Positions 59,815 through 64,000 of a stretch of 64,000 nt of DNA are shown piece after piece. Each line of letters begins with the position of its first letter. Within the stretch, counting starts at the first letter, position 1. The translations under genes were made by a program, and so were the position numbers. The stretch comes from an uncultured Mycoplasmatota bacterium (GTDB lineage: Bacteria > Bacillota_I > Bacilli_A > RF39 > UBA660): the NCBI GenBank assembly GCA_900547225.1, contig URFW01000003.1, forward strand, positions 13,054 through 77,053, written 5' to 3'. The notes beneath the pieces were generated by a model. The model worked only from the letters and a program-made list of their open reading frames with translations. It had not been told where the DNA came from and made no database searches.

Positions 59815-61015
59815 AACTATTTTCCTTTCTAACTGATTTTATAGAAAGCTCAGTTGATTTTATTTGTACATTAGTATTAAATTTAAAACTTATTTTATTT
59901 AATATATCTTTATTTTTATACCCTAATTTTTTAGTTTCTTTGTATTTTTTACTATAGAATTTTTCTGCATATTTAAGTACATCAGCTTTTTCTTTAACAT
60001 ATAGTTTATCTATTGTTTTATTCATTAAGGTATTAATTCTATTTTTTGCTTTAATCTCTAATTTTTTTATTACTTTATCATTATTTAAAAAGTCTGATTT
60101 ACAATTATATTCTAAAAGATCAGCATCAATTTTTGTTTTAATATTTACTATTGGATTATTATTTTCATAATAAAGATTTTCTTTAAAATTGCTGTTATTA
60201 AGTCTTAATGTTGCGTAATTTTTACTGTCGCATTTAACATTTACGTAAGTCTCTTTAGCAACATTAGCTAAAAAATTATATCCAACACTTTCATTAGTAG
60301 TTAAATATCCTTTAAGTTTATTATTTTTAAAGTATCCAAGGGTATCAAATGTTAATTTGGTATTAGGATTACTTTCTTTTATATTGTCCATCTTTTCACC
60401 ATTATTTATCTTTCCTTTTATTTTTACAGATGGAATAATTGCTTCTGTTTTTGAATTTGATAAATCAGATATAAATTCATCTATTGTAACAACTGTTAAA
60501 ATACCACTAAAGTTATCTGCAACCGACAAAGTTGATCTTAGGTTTTTAGAAGGTAATGTTTCAAGTGGCGTTATTACCTTTAAAATGCTAGATGCATCTT
60601 TTTCTTTTGAAACCATAACTGCAGAATCTTTTTCGGACCCTGGGTCTCTCATAAAGTAATCTAGATAATTAAGGGGATTTTCTTTTTTTAATAATTCTTC
60701 ACTTATTACAACAACTTCATTATGACCTAAGTATAATTCTTTTGGAGAATCAAGCATTATTTTTTCAAGGGCATCATATATTGTTTTTCCACTAGCTTCA
60801 TAAAATGTTATTAAACTACTATCTGATTCTTCATCTTTTTTAGCATTCATTATTTGTATTCCTACTTTATATTTATTTACACTTTTTCCTTTATTTTCAT
60901 CAATTGATATACCTGATACTATTGCATAATCATTTATTTCTTTGTAATTAAAACAACCACTTAAGGTAAATAGGATAATTATAAAAACTATTGAATTAAA
61001 TATCTTTTTCATCAT
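59807..61015 (-). CDS. spore germination lipoprotein, Ger(x)C family
   Basis: Signal peptide with lipobox LSGC, then ...YAIVSGISIDEN typical of GerAC-family proteins. Confidence 0.8.
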   Translation of the reverse strand: MMKKIFNSIVFIIILFTLSGCFNYKEINDYAIVSGISIDENKGKSVNKYKVGIQIMNAKKDEESDSSLITFYEASGKTIYDALEKIMLDSPKELYLGHNEVVVISEELLKKENPLNYLDYFMRDPGSEKDSAVMVSKEKDASSILKVITPLETLPSKNLRSTLSVADNFSGILTVVTIDEFISDLSNSKTEAIIPSVKIKGKINNGEKMDNIKESNPNTKLTFDTLGYFKNNKLKGYLTTNESVGYNFLANVAKETYVNVKCDSKNYATLRLNNSNFKENLYYENNNPIVNIKTKIDADLLEYNCKSDFLNNDKVIKKLEIKAKNRINTLMNKTIDKLYVKEKADVLKYAEKFYSKKYKETKKLGYKNKDILNKISFKFNTNVQIKSTELSIKSVRKENSYE

Positions 61016-62444
61016 AATCCTCCTTAGTGTATATGTTTTTAGGATTTAGTTTAACATCTTTAAACTCTAGTATTGCATCTTTTTGTGCTTCTTTATTAAA
61101 TGGTTCAAAAGGAGAGAGGTAAGGCTTTCCACAAGATTTTTGTGATGCTAGTATTGCAATCATTATAATAAGACCAAACATCACGCCAATAAAACCAAAT
61201 AGGGATGCTAAAATAATTAATATAAGTTGCCACCATCTAATTGAATTTATTAATTCTATTGATGAAAAGGCAAGGGATGCAACTGATGAAATACCAACTA
61301 TTATAATCGTAATAGGTGAAACTATTCCAGCTTCAACAGCAGCTTGACCTAAAACTAAAGCACCAACTATTGAAATAGAACTTCCACCTTTACCAGGAAA
61401 TCTTAAATCACTTTCTCTTAATACTTGAAACATAAAACTCATAACTAATATTTCAAATACCGTGGTAAATGGAACGCCATCTCTTTGAATTGAAAAATTA
61501 ATTAAAAGACCACTTGGTATAGCTTCTAGATTGTAAGCCATAAGAGAAATGTAAATAGCGGGCGTTAGAAGACTTAATAACATAGATACAATTCTTATTA
61601 CTCTGCTTGCAAATGCGTTAAGACTTTTTTCGTAATAATCATCTGGTGTTTTAAAAAAATCAATAAAGGTGCAAGGTAATATTATAACTTCATTTGAGTT
61701 TTCACACATAAGAACGCATCTTCCCTGAAGAAGCATTTGACACGCTAAATCAGGTCTTTCAGTTGGAAGTGTAATAGGAAATATCGCTCTATTAGAATTA
61801 CTTATGGCATCAATTATATAATTAGAATTTCCTACGTAATCGATTTTTATATTTTTAATTTTTTTATATATTTTATCAACTAATTTTTTATCACATACAC
61901 CATTTAAATAAAAAAGAGCAACTTTTGTTTTACTTTTTTCACCAACAGTTACTTCCTTAATCCATAAATCTTCCGTTTTTAGTCTTCTTCTTATCATTCC
62001 GATGTTTGATTGATAATTTTCGGTAAAGGCATCAAGCGGTCCTTTAAGACTTTTTTCATTTTCACTTCTTTGAACACTACTTGTTAGATTAGCTTTATTT
62101 TCAAATGCAATAATTTTCTTCTCATCATCGAATAAAACTAGTGTAAAACCATTAAAAAGATAATATAAAGCATCTTTTATTGTGCTTATTAAGATAGCAG
62201 TATTATTTGGAATATAATTTTTAATGTATGAAAAGATATCTTTATCTAAAAGTTTATTTCCTTCTTCATCTAATCTTCTTAAGATAAAATCATTTATATC
62301 ATTTTGACTACTTACACTATTTGAATATATAAGTGTAATTATTTTATCCCCAATTGGGTAATTTTTGTATGTTACATCAGGTGCGTTTCCAGTTCTTTTT
62401 TTTATTTCTTCAATTATTTTTTCTTTTGTTTTTGGTATTGTCAT
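60996..62444 (-). CDS. spore germination protein, GerAA/GerKA family (A subunit)
   Basis: 482 aa with an N-terminal soluble domain plus a C-terminal 5-TM region. Overlaps the C-subunit gene by 20 nt. RBS AGAGGGATAAT-ATG. Confidence 0.85.
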   Translation of the reverse strand: MTIPKTKEKIIEEIKKRTGNAPDVTYKNYPIGDKIITLIYSNSVSSQNDINDFILRRLDEEGNKLLDKDIFSYIKNYIPNNTAILISTIKDALYYLFNGFTLVLFDDEKKIIAFENKANLTSSVQRSENEKSLKGPLDAFTENYQSNIGMIRRRLKTEDLWIKEVTVGEKSKTKVALFYLNGVCDKKLVDKIYKKIKNIKIDYVGNSNYIIDAISNSNRAIFPITLPTERPDLACQMLLQGRCVLMCENSNEVIILPCTFIDFFKTPDDYYEKSLNAFASRVIRIVSMLLSLLTPAIYISLMAYNLEAIPSGLLINFSIQRDGVPFTTVFEILVMSFMFQVLRESDLRFPGKGGSSISIVGALVLGQAAVEAGIVSPITIIIVGISSVASLAFSSIELINSIRWWQLILIILASLFGFIGVMFGLIIMIAILASQKSCGKPYLSPFEPFNKEAQKDAILEFKDVKLNPKNIYTKEDYDEKDI

Positions 62445-62670
62445 ATTATCCCTCTTTTTTAAATAGTATTAACTAAATTTTAAAAAAAATTCAAAAAAAA
62501 GGAGATCACACGGTTTCCCATGCAATCTCAAAAAGAATAAAAAGGGGTTGGCTAGTTGTGATACTAGCGCCAGCTATGGTTTTTCCAGAGCTGGTGCCAT
62601 TTATACTAATCGAAAAGGGTGTAAAAGTCAACCTTTTTTTATTATTTTTTTAAAAAAGTTTAACGCATGA

Positions 62671-62700
62671 TTGATTTTTCAAACATTCGTTTGTTATAAT
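62671..62700 (+). promoter_or_regulatory. sigma-A promoter with extended -10 (TTGATT-18-TGtTATAAT) for recG
   Basis: Read directly from the sequence. Confidence 0.5.
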
Positions 62701-62728
62701 TGTATTAGAAAGAAAAAATGGTGATATC

Positions 62729-64000
62729 ATGGAACTTGAAAAACTAGATAAGATAGGGCCTAAAACTGCTAAAACATTGAATAATTTAGGAATATATAGC
62801 CCAGAAGATTTAATAAGAAATTACCCTTATCGTTTTTTAATTTTTGCAAAAAGAGACATTAATAATCCTAAGTATTATGATGAATTTGTAAGTGATGGGA
62901 TAGTAGAGTCTATGCCAACTTTAAATTTTTTTAGAGGTAAAATGAATAGGTTAACTTTTAGGTGTAATGTTCAAAATAAAATAGTTAAAGTTGTAATATT
63001 TAATAGAGCCTTTTTAAAACCGAATATTTACCCGGGACGTGAAATTACCGTAATAGGTAAGTATGATCCTAAAAAGGAACTAATAACCGCTTCAAATGTA
63101 AAAATAGGTGCTTTAAAAGATGGATTTGAGATAGAGCCAGTTTATCACTTATGTAAAGGTATTACATCTAAACAGATGAATGTGTTTATTAAGAAAGCTT
63201 TAAATGTAATTAAAGAAAATAATAATATCCCAGAAAAATTAATTAGTAAATATAATTTAATTAGCGAAGATGAGGCAGTTAGAATAATTCATAATCCAAA
63301 GGATGAAAATAGTTTAAAGACCGCACTTAAAACGCTTAAGTATGAAGAGATATTTACCTATATGAAAAATATTAAATTGTTAAAGAAAAAAAATGAGATT
63401 CATAAAGACGTTTATAAAAAAGAAGTATCTTTAAATATGGTTCATGACTTTATTAATTCTTTGCCATTTAAATTAACTATTGACCAAGAAAAGATAGCTT
63501 TTAAAATGCTTGATGAAATTTGTGGTGACACATTAATGAACAGACTATTACAAGGAGATGTTGGTTCTGGTAAAACAATTGTAGCATTTATCATTTCTTA
63601 TGCTTTATATACCGGTGGATACCAAACTGCTTTTATGGCACCTACTGAGGTTTTAGCACGTCAGCATTATAAGAATGCTTGTGATTTATTTAAAGATACA
63701 AACTTTAAGGTAGGCCTTTTAACAGGTAAAATGACTTTAAAAGAAAAAAGGAAAGTATATGAAAAGATAGAAAAAAATGAAATAGATATGTTAATTGGAA
63801 CGCACGCACTAATAAGTGATAAGGTGGTGTGGAATAATTTGGGTCTTGTCATAACAGATGAGCAGCATAGATTTGGAGTTAATCAGCGCCAGACTTTAAA
63901 AAACAAAGGTTTAAACGTAGAGGTTTTAATGATGAGTGCAACACCAATTCCAAGAACTTATGCTTTAACTATTTATGGAGACACTGATACGTCAAGTATT
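62729..64000 (+). CDS. recG: ATP-dependent DNA helicase RecG (5' portion, runs off the window)
   Basis: Open frame to the end of the window. N-terminus MELEKLDKIGPKTAKTLNNLGIYSPEDLIRNYPYRF, then the wedge domain, Walker A GDVGSGKT, and DEQHRFGV. Confidence 0.85.
   Translation, partial: MELEKLDKIGPKTAKTLNNLGIYSPEDLIRNYPYRFLIFAKRDINNPKYYDEFVSDGIVESMPTLNFFRGKMNRLTFRCNVQNKIVKVVIFNRAFLKPNIYPGREITVIGKYDPKKELITASNVKIGALKDGFEIEPVYHLCKGITSKQMNVFIKKALNVIKENNNIPEKLISKYNLISEDEAVRIIHNPKDENSLKTALKTLKYEEIFTYMKNIKLLKKKNEIHKDVYKKEVSLNMVHDFINSLPFKLTIDQEKIAFKMLDEICGDTLMNRLLQGDVGSGKTIVAFIISYALYTGGYQTAFMAPTEVLARQHYKNACDLFKDTNFKVGLLTGKMTLKEKRKVYEKIEKNEIDMLIGTHALISDKVVWNNLGLVITDEQHRFGVNQRQTLKNKGLNVEVLMMSATPIPRTYALTIYGDTDTSSI

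Noticed and set aside
62500-62650. Possible T-box leader (GCTGGTGCC resembles the T-box AGGGTGGNACCGCG)
   Set aside because: Only partial similarity to the T-box motif, no aminoacyl-tRNA synthetase or amino-acid gene downstream (recG follows), and no specifier-loop/antiterminator arrangement could be drawn. Kept only as a generic structured-RNA candidate.

Overview
AT-rich (about 27-28% GC) chromosomal segment with the gene content and codon usage of a proteolytic Clostridium (C. botulinum group I / C. sporogenes-like); that assignment is an inference. All calls below come from reading the ORF translations and the DNA by eye, with no database search.

The window is mostly one-gene transcription units and has four parts:
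(1) 1-13.5 kb: housekeeping genes (murI, tag, a flavoprotein and a flavodoxin) interleaved with a spore-surface style cluster. This cluster holds a GT2 glycosyltransferase with TPR repeats, three collagen-like (GXY-repeat) proteins with C1q/BclA-like C-terminal domains, a large Asn/Thr-rich predicted beta-helix protein, and a Cna-B-like protein.
(2) 13.5-35.7 kb: metabolism and envelope genes (gpmA, sirtuin, ABC exporter, CIRCE-controlled hsp20, a histidine-kinase-like protein with a degenerate H-box, phosphoketolase, LemA, SDR, PLP enzyme, polysaccharide deacetylase, GH25-LysM muramidase).
(3) 35.8-40.5 kb: a compact cluster of four small TasA/camelysin-like secreted proteins carrying SipW-cognate signal peptides. 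They flank an unusually long SipW-type signal peptidase that has a polytopic N-terminal extension of roughly 260 aa, and a two-TM accessory protein follows. A fifth divergent paralog sits at 8.9-9.6 kb. I consider this the most system-like and least described content of the window.
(4) 40.5-64 kb: tRNA-Gln(CUG) and tRNA-Glu(CUC) directly upstream of a long GluRS-like gene, then a UvrD-like helicase, Ca-type P-type ATPase, Fic, queH, and an atypical Prs paralog with a leader-peptide attenuator. Next come a D,D-carboxypeptidase/VanZ pair, a large serine recombinase next to tRNA-Gly/tRNA-Cys with several perfect palindromes, and two small HTH genes each preceded by an 18-bp palindromic operator. 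The window ends with nucleoside hydrolase, a Cu/Zn-SOD-like gene, a gerA-type germinant receptor operon (A-C-B order), and the 5' part of recG.

No rRNA, CRISPR array or intact IS element is seen.
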